From assembly GCA_041499545.1 (NCBI GenBank), contig JBGQKK010000001.1, positions 1 through 39,457 of the forward strand: DNA of 39,457 nucleotides, read 5' to 3'. Positions within the stretch are counted from its first letter, which is position 1. Every line of letters begins with the position of its first letter. The notes below the pieces were generated by a model that was not told the origin of the DNA, ran no database searches, and saw nothing but the letters and a program-made list of their open reading frames with translations. Below are positions 9,072 through 20,521 of this stretch, in pieces. Position numbers and translations under genes: made by a program. The DNA is from Gammaproteobacteria bacterium (GTDB taxonomy: Bacteria; Pseudomonadota; Gammaproteobacteria; Burkholderiales; SG8-39).

Positions 9072-10537
9072 AGGCGGATACGGTGACCGCTCGAGTCCTC
9101 GGCGCCGCGTTCCTGCTGCTCCTCTCCGGGTGCGCGAGCCAGTACTTTCGCGACGCCGGGGCGCCTCCTTCGCCGCCGCCCCATTCGCTCGCGCAGCTTC
9201 GCCAGCCGGAGTATTGGACCGGAATCGTCTTCAACGGCGCGAAAATCGGCTTTTCGCATACGCGCGTCAGCCCCGCTTCGGGCGGGTTGTACGAGCTGCA
9301 GGGGGAAGCGGTTCTCCGCTTCCGGTTTCTCGGTTTCGAGAAGCGCGTGCAGGTGCGCTCGCTCGACACGGTCGACGAGAACGCGAAGCTGGTCCGTTTT
9401 GCGTATCACTATCTGCTCGACGAAACCGAGCAGGACCTGAGCGGCGAGGTGCGCGACGGCAGGCTGCGCTACCGGATATCGACGGCAAAGAGGCCTCCGG
9501 AGGAGAAGGAGGAAGCGCTGGCCGAGAGCCTCTATCCTTCCGGGGCGCTCGCTCTGCTCCCGGTGCTGGCTGGGCTGCGCGTCGGGAGCAAGTTCCAGTG
9601 GCTGGTATTCAACGGCGAGACCCAGGGCGTCGATCGGGCCGAGCAACGCGTCCTGGCTTACGAAAAGAGCGACCTATTCGAAGGCAGCGCCTTCAAGGTT
9701 CAGACCGACATGCTCGGCTTGCACACCACCACCTGGATTGACGAGCGAGGCCTGCCGGTCTTCGAGCTGGGATTGAACGGCGTCATCATCTCCGCGCTCG
9801 AGGAGGAGCGCGTCGCGAAGGGCTACCTTACGAGCGCGGCGCTCAACAAGGACGACGTGATCGTGAGCTGGAGCCTGATCCAGGCGCCTTTTCCGCTCGC
9901 CGACCCGCGCGAGGCCCGCTTCCTGCGTTTTGCCTTGCTCGATCCGGGGCAGCGGGCGCCCCTGTCCGATTCGCGCCAGAGCTGCGCGAGCTCCGCCCGC
10001 GATCTGGTGTGCGAAATCGATGCGACACGGCTGGCCGCGGGCGACGGGACCGGCGCGGCGGCGCTCCTGCCGTCTAACACGGTGCAAAGCCGCGATCCGA
10101 TGATTCGCAAGCTCGCGCAAGAGATCGCCGGGCTGCGGTCCTCGCCGGCCGACAAGATCGACGCGGTCCTGGCCTGGCTCGATCGGAACATCGGCAAGGA
10201 AGCGGTCGATACCTTCTCGGCGCTAGACGTGCTGGACGCGAGGCGTGCCGAGTGCCAGGGCCACGCCTATCTCTACGCGGCGCTGATGCGTGCGCTCGGC
10301 GTGCCGACTCGCGTGGTCAACGGGCTGGTGTATTCACCGGAACACAAGGGGTTTCTCTACCACACCTGGGCCGAGAGCCTGGTCGAAGGCGGTTGGCGGG
10401 CGGTCGACCCGACTTTCAACCAAGCCCAGGCCGACGCGACCCACATCGCGCTGGTGCGAGGCGAGAGCCTGGCCGACCTCACTCCGCTGGTCGAGTGGGT
10501 CGGCAGCACGCAGATCAAGGTGCTCGAGGCGCGCTAG
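9068..10537 (+). CDS. transglutaminase-like cysteine peptidase lipoprotein
   Basis: The ATG at 9068 overlaps the mtnA TGA (ATGA). Signal peptide with lipobox LLLSGC (Cys22). The C-terminal transglutaminase core has a Cys-His-Asp set (AECQGHAYLY ... LYHTWAE ... AVDPT). The listed ORF 8498.. is an upstream extension. Confidence 0.8.
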   Translation: MKADTVTARVLGAAFLLLLSGCASQYFRDAGAPPSPPPHSLAQLRQPEYWTGIVFNGAKIGFSHTRVSPASGGLYELQGEAVLRFRFLGFEKRVQVRSLDTVDENAKLVRFAYHYLLDETEQDLSGEVRDGRLRYRISTAKRPPEEKEEALAESLYPSGALALLPVLAGLRVGSKFQWLVFNGETQGVDRAEQRVLAYEKSDLFEGSAFKVQTDMLGLHTTTWIDERGLPVFELGLNGVIISALEEERVAKGYLTSAALNKDDVIVSWSLIQAPFPLADPREARFLRFALLDPGQRAPLSDSRQSCASSARDLVCEIDATRLAAGDGTGAAALLPSNTVQSRDPMIRKLAQEIAGLRSSPADKIDAVLAWLDRNIGKEAVDTFSALDVLDARRAECQGHAYLYAALMRALGVPTRVVNGLVYSPEHKGFLYHTWAESLVEGGWRAVDPTFNQAQADATHIALVRGESLADLTPLVEWVGSTQIKVLEAR

Positions 10538-10551
10538 CGCCCCGAGCTTGC

Positions 10552-12744
10552 TTACACCAGCTTGACGTTCTTCAGCGGCAGGCTGCGCACCGGCTTCCCG
10601 GTCGCGGCAAAGATCGCGTTCATCACCGAAGGCGCCACCACGCAGATGGTCGGCTCGCCCACCCCGCCCCAGAAGTCGTAGGTCGGCACGAGCACCGTCT
10701 CGATCTTCGGCATCTCGGCCAGGCGCAGGATCGGGTAGGTGTCGAAATTGAGCTCTACCATGCGACCCTTCTCGACCGTCATCTCGCCGTAGAAGGTCGC
10801 GCTAAGGCCGTAGGCCACCGAGCCCTCCACCTGCGCTGCGACCTGGTCCGGGTTGACGACGTGCCCGCAGTTGATCCCGAGCACCATGCGGTGCACCTTG
10901 ACCTTGCCCTCCTTGCTCACCGAGACCTCGGCGACCGCGGCCGAGTAGCTGCCGTAGCCCATGAATTGCGCGATGCCGCGGTGCACGCCTGCGGGCAGCG
11001 GCTTGCCCCAGCCCGCTTTTTCCGCCACCGCGTTCAGCACGCCAAGGTGCTTGGGATGGTTCTGCATCAGCGCACGGCGAAACTCGAGCGAGTCGGCGCC
11101 TGCCGCGCGCGCCACTTCCTCCATGAAGCACTCCAGGTACACGCCGTTCTGGTTCGTGTTGACGCCGCGCCACGGGCCGACCCGCATGTGCGTATTGCGC
11201 ATCGCATATTCGATCGCGAGGTTCGGCACCGTGTAGCCGAACTGCGCGTCTCCGGGCGCCTGCCACAGTCCCTGGAGCTGCCGGGTGTCCTTGCCTTCCT
11301 TGATCGCTCCCGGGTTCAGGTGCGCGTTGATCGACTGGCCGGAGACACGGATGTGCATGCCGACGAGCTTGCCGCTCGAATCGAGGCCGGCTGTGAGCTT
11401 GGACTGCGAAATCGGACGGTAGAAATCGTGCGCCTGGTCTTCCTCGCGGCTCCAGATCAGCTTGACCGGCGTACCCGGAAACTGCTTGGCGATGGCGACG
11501 GCCTGCCGGGTGTAGTCCTGCGTGCCCCCGCGCCGGCCGAATCCGCCGCCCAGGTCGAGCTTGTGGACCTCGCCGTTCGCGAGCGGCACGCCGGCCTCTT
11601 CGCAGGCGGCCGCGAGCGAACCCTCGGCGCTCTGGGTTGCGGTCCACACCTCGACCTTGTCCCCTTTCACCTGGGCCGTGCAGTTCATCGGCTCCATGGT
11701 CGCGTGGGACAGGAAGGGCGTGCTGTACACGGCCTCGACCTTCTTTGCGGCGCCAGCGATCGCCTTCTGCGCGTCGCCGATGTTAGTGTCGGCGAAGGCG
11801 TCGTTCGCCGTCAGGCCTTCCTTCAGGCGCTCGGCGATGGCGGCGCTCGATTGCGATCCGCCCGCGCCCTCGTTCCAGACGACGGGCAGCGTGTCGAGCG
11901 CGGTCTTCGCCCGCCACCAGGTATCGGCGACCACGGCGACCGCGTCGTCGTGCACCCTGACCACGCGCTTCACTCCGGGCAGGTTCGCAAGCTTCGCCTC
12001 GTCGTAGCTCGCGAGCTTGCCGCCGTGCACCGGGCACCTCTTGACGGCGGCGAGGAGCATGCCGGGCAGCTTGACGTCGATCGCGTAGACCTTGCTGCCG
12101 TTCAGCTTGTCGGCGGTGTCCAGGCGCTTCATCGGCTTGCCGGCGACCTTCCAGTTCTTCGGATCCTTCAGCTTGATGCTCGTCGGGTCGGGCGGGGTCA
12201 GCTTGGCCGCGGCGGCGGCGACTTTGCCATAACTGGTCTTGCGGCCCGAAGCTGCGTGGGTGATGACGCCGTCGGATACCGTCAGCTCGCCGACCGGAAC
12301 CTTCCATTCGTCGGCCGCCGCCTGCAGGAGCATGATGCGCGCCGCTGCGCCGCCGCGGCGCACGTAATCCTGTGACGTGCGGATGCCGCGGCTGCCGCCC
12401 GTGGCCATTTCGCCCCAGGCTCGCTTGCGGGCGAGATTCTGTCCGGGGAAGACGTGCTCGGTCGTGACTTTCTTCCAGTCGCACTCGAGCTCTTCGGCGA
12501 CCAGTTGGGCGAGGCCCGTGAGGGTGCCCTGCCCCATCTCGGAGCGCGCGATGCGGACGACGCAGACGTCGTCGGGCCGGACGACGACCCAGGTATTGAT
12601 CTCGGTTCCGGAGGCGCCTTGCGCCGCCGCTTCGCCGATGGCGAAGGGAAACGGGATTCCGAGGGCCAGGCCGCCGCCAGCGGCGGCGGAGCCGACGATG
12701 AACTTGCGGCGGGAAAGATTCGTGGATTGCGTATTCGTTTTCAT
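10552..12744 (-). CDS. molybdopterin-dependent oxidoreductase large subunit (IorB / aldehyde oxidase-xanthine dehydrogenase family), Tat-exported
   Basis: 730 aa. Twin-arginine signal NLSRRKFIVGSAAAGGGLALG...AAAQG. Aldehyde-oxidase/xanthine-dehydrogenase a/b hammerhead and MoCo-binding-like regions (GGGFGRRG). Confidence 0.85.
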   Translation of the reverse strand: MKTNTQSTNLSRRKFIVGSAAAGGGLALGIPFPFAIGEAAAQGASGTEINTWVVVRPDDVCVVRIARSEMGQGTLTGLAQLVAEELECDWKKVTTEHVFPGQNLARKRAWGEMATGGSRGIRTSQDYVRRGGAAARIMLLQAAADEWKVPVGELTVSDGVITHAASGRKTSYGKVAAAAAKLTPPDPTSIKLKDPKNWKVAGKPMKRLDTADKLNGSKVYAIDVKLPGMLLAAVKRCPVHGGKLASYDEAKLANLPGVKRVVRVHDDAVAVVADTWWRAKTALDTLPVVWNEGAGGSQSSAAIAERLKEGLTANDAFADTNIGDAQKAIAGAAKKVEAVYSTPFLSHATMEPMNCTAQVKGDKVEVWTATQSAEGSLAAACEEAGVPLANGEVHKLDLGGGFGRRGGTQDYTRQAVAIAKQFPGTPVKLIWSREEDQAHDFYRPISQSKLTAGLDSSGKLVGMHIRVSGQSINAHLNPGAIKEGKDTRQLQGLWQAPGDAQFGYTVPNLAIEYAMRNTHMRVGPWRGVNTNQNGVYLECFMEEVARAAGADSLEFRRALMQNHPKHLGVLNAVAEKAGWGKPLPAGVHRGIAQFMGYGSYSAAVAEVSVSKEGKVKVHRMVLGINCGHVVNPDQVAAQVEGSVAYGLSATFYGEMTVEKGRMVELNFDTYPILRLAEMPKIETVLVPTYDFWGGVGEPTICVVAPSVMNAIFAATGKPVRSLPLKNVKLV

Positions 12745-12757
12745 GGTCGCCTCCGCC

Positions 12758-13219
12758 TCAGGCTTTCTTGTTCATGTCGGCGGCTATGTGCACCGCCGCC
12801 CGGATGCGTTGATACGTGCCGCAGCGGCAGATGTTGGTCATGGCCGCGTCGATGTCGCCGTCGGTCGGTTGCGGCTTCTTCGCGAGGAGCGCCGCCGCCG
12901 CCATGATCTGCCCGGACTGGCAATAGCCGCACTGCGGCACGTCGATCGCCGCCCACGCCTTCTGCACGGGATGTGAGCTGTCGCGCGACAGGCCTTCGAT
13001 GGTGACGATCGTGTCCGTCGGCTTGATGGAGCCGACCGAGATGGAGCAGGAGCGCACGACCTCGCCGTTCAAGTGCACCGAGCAGGCGCCGCACTGCGCG
13101 ACGCCGCATCCGTATTTCGTTCCGGTGAGTCCCACCTGCTCGCGGATGACCCACAGGAGAGGCGTGTCGGTCTCCACCTGTACGTCGCGCGTGCTGCCGT
13201 TGATATTGAGTTTCGCCAC
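12758..13219 (-). CDS. (2Fe-2S)-binding small subunit of the molybdenum hydroxylase (IorA-like)
   Basis: 153 aa. Two cluster motifs: [16 protein letters not shown]...C and [11 protein letters not shown]...NICRCGTY. A strong SD (AGGAGGAG) precedes the ATG. Confidence 0.9.
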   Translation of the reverse strand: MAKLNINGSTRDVQVETDTPLLWVIREQVGLTGTKYGCGVAQCGACSVHLNGEVVRSCSISVGSIKPTDTIVTIEGLSRDSSHPVQKAWAAIDVPQCGYCQSGQIMAAAALLAKKPQPTDGDIDAAMTNICRCGTYQRIRAAVHIAADMNKKA

Positions 13220-13300
13220 GTTGTTCTCCTCCTATTGTCACCGAGCGAGTGATTCTATACGCCAAGCCCGCAGCGCGTTTGCCCTCCTTCGGCGCGGCGC

Positions 13301-14575
13301 TCACTTCGAGACCGCGTTGGTTCCAGCTTCGCCCACCGCCAGATACAAGGCCGGCGCGGAGACGACGTTCGCCAGGTTGGCGGATCCCGCCGAGGCCGCG
13401 GTCCAGTTCACGCCGTCGTCGCTGAAGACCACGGCTCCGCCCTGCCCCACTGCCAGGAAGCGCGAGCCGCTCGCCCCCCCCGTGGTGACGCTTCGCAGAT
13501 ATTGGCCGCCCGGCAGCGTCATCGCGGTCCAGTTGACAGCGTCGGGGCTGGTGGCGATGACTCCCGCATCACCGACCGCGACATAGTGAATAAGGGCAGG
13601 GACGGGGCTGAAGGTAACGCCGCGGAGCGTGCTCGCGGTACCCGAGTCCCGGAGAGTCCAGGTGAGGCCGTCCGCGCTGCTAAGCAGCGTGCCGCCCGTT
13701 CCGGTCGCGAAAAAGGTGCCGTTGACAAGGCTCACGCCGTTGAGGTCGTTCGTCGTCAGGGCCGACACATCGCGCGCAGTCCAGTTCGCGAGATCTGCGC
13801 TGGTGAAGATCTTGCCGCCGTTGCCGACGGCAACGTAAGTAAGGGTGACCCCGAAAACGAACCCGAAGGCGATACCATTCATGGGTACGCCCGCCGGAAC
13901 CGGGCTGTTGGAAACCCACGTCAGCCCGTCGGCGCTCGATACGACGGATCCGTCCGTGCCCAGGGCGACAAACTGTCCGTTGAAGAGAACCGAAGCCAAG
14001 TTCGCCGCAGGCCCCGTTGGAACCGAGGTGGGCGGTACCCATGCGGTCACGCCTGGCGGATTGGGGTCTGCGCTGGTGTAGTTGTAATCTCCCGCGAAAA
14101 TCGTCGGTGCGCCCGCCGCCGCATCGCCGACCACCACGAAGCGGCTGCCGCTGAATGCGATCGAGTTCAAGTTCTGCGGCGGGGCACCTAACGCGGTGCC
14201 CGACACCCAAGTGTTGCTGTCGCCGGCGAGCCTGGGGGCGGCGAGGATGACCGGCGAGCTGGGCCCCGCCGCGCTGTCGTCGTGGGTCGCGTTCATGACG
14301 AACGCGTATTGAGCTCCGTTCAGCAGATTGCCGACTGCGCGAGGCGATACCACGTTGCGGATCGCGATCGCCCCCGGCGCCGCGGCGGTGACGTCGCTGC
14401 CGGGCTGGAAGAAGATCCAATAGGTCAGGTCGGGCAGCGTATCCCACTTGAGAAGAACCAGGCCGTCGCCCGGCTCCGCCGTCACATTGCTTGGAGCCTC
14501 GCCCGGTGGGTCGGTCTTGAGGTGGCAGCCCGAAAGGGCAAGCAGGGACGCAATGGTGAGAAACAGGAAACGCAA
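13301..14575 (-). CDS. lipoprotein with an N-terminal FN3-like domain and a 7-repeat beta-propeller (BNR/Ycf48-like)
   Basis: 424 aa. Lipobox LALSGC (Cys17). Residues ~25-115 look like an Ig/FN3 sandwich (VTAEPGDGLVLLKWD...YAFVMNA). About seven repeats of the pattern L-x-[SG]-[IV]-x(3-8)-[FY]-V-A-V-G-x-x-G-x-[IV]-x-[ST]-S-x-D-G-x-x-W-T follow. Confidence 0.7.
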   Translation of the reverse strand: MRFLFLTIASLLALSGCHLKTDPPGEAPSNVTAEPGDGLVLLKWDTLPDLTYWIFFQPGSDVTAAAPGAIAIRNVVSPRAVGNLLNGAQYAFVMNATHDDSAAGPSSPVILAAPRLAGDSNTWVSGTALGAPPQNLNSIAFSGSRFVVVGDAAAGAPTIFAGDYNYTSADPNPPGVTAWVPPTSVPTGPAANLASVLFNGQFVALGTDGSVVSSADGLTWVSNSPVPAGVPMNGIAFGFVFGVTLTYVAVGNGGKIFTSADLANWTARDVSALTTNDLNGVSLVNGTFFATGTGGTLLSSADGLTWTLRDSGTASTLRGVTFSPVPALIHYVAVGDAGVIATSPDAVNWTAMTLPGGQYLRSVTTGGASGSRFLAVGQGGAVVFSDDGVNWTAASAGSANLANVVSAPALYLAVGEAGTNAVSK

Positions 14576-14681
14576 TCGGAAAATACCCAGGTTCGAGGCG
14601 ATGCGCGGAACTATAGTGGAAGCGTGCTGCGCGAAGTGTAACAGAGGGTAAAGGCTGCCGCCGGCGTTCGGTCCGCGTGGC

Positions 14682-17183
<2,502 letters not shown>

Positions 17184-17188
17184 TCGCC

Positions 17189-18675
<1,487 letters not shown>

Positions 18676-18725
18676 CGCGGGCCGCAACTCCCGGTAAATC
18701 CTGCACTTTTCGGTCCAACGTCGGA

Positions 18726-18754
18726 TTGACGGAGGCGTTGAAACTGGTTATGGT
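18726..18754 (+). promoter_or_regulatory. candidate sigma70 promoter for the DUF4124 gene
   Basis: TTGACG (18726-18731), 17-bp spacer, TATGGT (18749-18754). SD GAGGGA sits 6 nt before the GTG at 18782. Confidence 0.35.
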
Positions 18755-18781
18755 GCGCCTCAGTATTCGAGGGAATTTCCG

Positions 18782-19285
18782 GTGATTCGCATCGCGCTTT
18801 TTGCCGTCTCGATCCTGGGTGCAGCAGCGGCGCAGGCCCAGGTCTACAAATGCCTGGATTCGAACGGCAGGACGGTCTATTTGCAGAATCGCTGTCCTCC
18901 CAGCATGAAGCCGGAAGCGATGTCGCGGGGCGGCATCCCGCCGGCTTCGGCGGTCGCTCCTGCCGCGTCCCCCACCGACGCCGGCAAAGCGTCGAAGAGC
19001 GACGCGACCCAGGGCGGACCCAAGACGGCGGCGGAGCAGGAGCAGGCCTACCGCAAGCGCCTGCAGGATCAGGCGAAGGCCGCGAAAACCGATGAGCAAA
19101 AGACCGCCGAAGCCCAGGCCAAGGAAGCGAACTGTCGCAACGCCCGGCAGCGCCTGACGCAGTATGAGATCGGCGGGCGCATTTCGCAGATCAACGACAA
19201 GGGCGAGCGCTACTACATGGAAGACGCCCAGATCGAGACGGCCAAGGCGCAGGCGCGCGCGGACGTCACGCAGTACTGCAACTGA
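18782..19285 (+). CDS. DUF4124-domain secreted protein
   Basis: 167 aa. Signal peptide MIRIALFAVSILGAAAAQA, then the VYKCLDSNGRTVYLQNRCPP motif and a low-complexity A/K/Q/E-rich helical tail. Confidence 0.7.
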   Translation: MIRIALFAVSILGAAAAQAQVYKCLDSNGRTVYLQNRCPPSMKPEAMSRGGIPPASAVAPAASPTDAGKASKSDATQGGPKTAAEQEQAYRKRLQDQAKAAKTDEQKTAEAQAKEANCRNARQRLTQYEIGGRISQINDKGERYYMEDAQIETAKAQARADVTQYCN

Positions 19286-19288
19286 GCT

Positions 19289-19579
19289 TCAGGCCTTGGC
19301 GCCTTTTTTCGCCGCCCGCGCCCGCCTGAGGTCCTTGGGATCGGCCCGCAGCGACCGGTAGATCTCCACCCGGTCGCCGTCGCGCAGCACCGTCCCGGTG
19401 GCAACCGCCTGCCCGTAGATTCCGACGCGCCCGGATTCCGGCTTCCGGAATTCCGCGGGCAGATCGCTCGCGGCGAGAGCGTCCCCCACCGTGCTTCCTG
19501 CCGGCAGCAGCAGCCGCTGCACCGTTTGTCGTTCGGGCCGGGCCAGCACGACTTCGACCGTGACTCTCGCGGGCTTCAT
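19289..19579 (-). CDS. rnfH: RnfH-family ubiquitin-like protein (UPF0125)
   Basis: 96 aa. ...VGIYGQAV...LRDGDRVEIYRSLRADPK motif. 4-nt overlap with ratA upstream. Matches the conserved smpB/ratA/rnfH neighbourhood. Confidence 0.85.
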   Translation of the reverse strand: MKPARVTVEVVLARPERQTVQRLLLPAGSTVGDALAASDLPAEFRKPESGRVGIYGQAVATGTVLRDGDRVEIYRSLRADPKDLRRARAAKKGAKA

Positions 19580-20013
19580 GCGCCGCCGAACTGCTGGTCG
19601 GCGCGTCGCGCGAAAGCCTCGACCAGGCTGTTTGCGATCTCGTCGAAAACGGCCCCGACGAGCTTGCCGAGGAGCGCGCTCGCGAACTCGTAGCGCAAAT
19701 TCAACTCGACTTTGCAGGCCTTTTCCGAGAGCGCGGTAAACCGCCAGCTTCCCTCCAGGCTGCGGAAAGGGCCGGAAACGAGCTTCATGTCGATGCGCTC
19801 ATTCGGCAGATCGCGGTTTTCGGTGGTGAACTCCTGCTTGAGGCCGCGAAAGTTGATGCGCAGCGTCGCCACCACACGCCCGGGACTGCGCTCCGACACA
19901 TGGGCCCTGTCGCACCAGGGCAGGAAGCCGGGGTAGGACTCCACCTCCGACACCAGCGAAAACATCTGCTGCGCGCTGTGGCTCACCAGGGCCGAGCGGG
20001 AGACGCTGCTCAT
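19576..20013 (-). CDS. ratA: SRPBCC-fold RatA/PasT (Coq10-like) protein
   Basis: 145 aa. ...SAQQMFSLVSEVESYPGFLPWC... Divergent from smpB as in many proteobacteria. Confidence 0.85.
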   Translation of the reverse strand: MSSVSRSALVSHSAQQMFSLVSEVESYPGFLPWCDRAHVSERSPGRVVATLRINFRGLKQEFTTENRDLPNERIDMKLVSGPFRSLEGSWRFTALSEKACKVELNLRYEFASALLGKLVGAVFDEIANSLVEAFARRADQQFGGA

Positions 20014-20018
20014 CGTTG

Positions 20019-20035
20019 TAGAATCGAAAATTCTA
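20019..20035. promoter_or_regulatory. perfect inverted repeat TAGAAT-cgaaa-ATTCTA giving a -10-like hexamer on each strand between ratA and smpB
   Basis: Read directly from the sequence. TAGAAT is at 20019-20024 on (+). Its reverse complement at 20030-20035 reads TAGAAT on (-). It lies in the 38-bp divergent gap. Confidence 0.35.
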
Positions 20036-20051
20036 TCGGAAGCGGGTCACC

Positions 20052-20495
20052 GTGACGATCGTCGAAAATCGCAAAGCGCAGCACGACTACTTCATCGAGG
20101 AGCGCTACGAGGCCGGGCTCGAGCTGCAGGGATGGGAGGTCAAGGCGATCCGCGCGGGTCGCGCCCAGCTCAAGGAGGCCTATGTGATGGTACGGAACGA
20201 GGAGATCTTCCTGATCGGCGCACACATCAGTCCCCTCGCCGCGGCCTCCACCCACGTCCAGGCCGATCCGGTGCGCACGCGAAAGCTCCTCCTCCACGCC
20301 GAGGAAATCAGCCGCCTCATCGGCAAGGTCGATCGAGCCGGATACACTCTGGTGCCGCTCGACCTGCATTACGTGCGCGGGCGCGTCAAGATCAACATCG
20401 GCCTCGCGAAGGGCAAGAAGCAGCACGACAAGCGCGCCGCCGAAAAAGAGAAGGAGTGGAAGCGCGAGCAGCAGCGGTTGCTGCGCGCGCGGTAA
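20052..20495 (+). CDS. smpB: SsrA-binding protein
   Basis: 147 aa, GTG start. ...[29 protein letters not shown]... with a basic C-terminal tail. Confidence 0.95.
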   Translation: MTIVENRKAQHDYFIEERYEAGLELQGWEVKAIRAGRAQLKEAYVMVRNEEIFLIGAHISPLAAASTHVQADPVRTRKLLLHAEEISRLIGKVDRAGYTLVPLDLHYVRGRVKINIGLAKGKKQHDKRAAEKEKEWKREQQRLLRAR

Positions 20496-20521
20496 GCGCC
20501 GCGTCGAGCACAGTACGCTTT

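Noticed and set aside
19576-20013. RatA annotated in some databases as a type II toxin, so possibly a toxin-antitoxin or defence module.
   Set aside because: It sits in the widely conserved housekeeping smpB/ratA/rnfH arrangement. It has an SRPBCC/Coq10-like sequence, and there is no candidate antitoxin or mobile-element context.
20496-20521. Looked for tmRNA (ssrA) or another small RNA next to smpB.
   Set aside because: Only 26 bp separate the smpB and ppsA stops, and 38 bp lie upstream of smpB. That is far too short for tmRNA. No tRNA-like acceptor end was seen.
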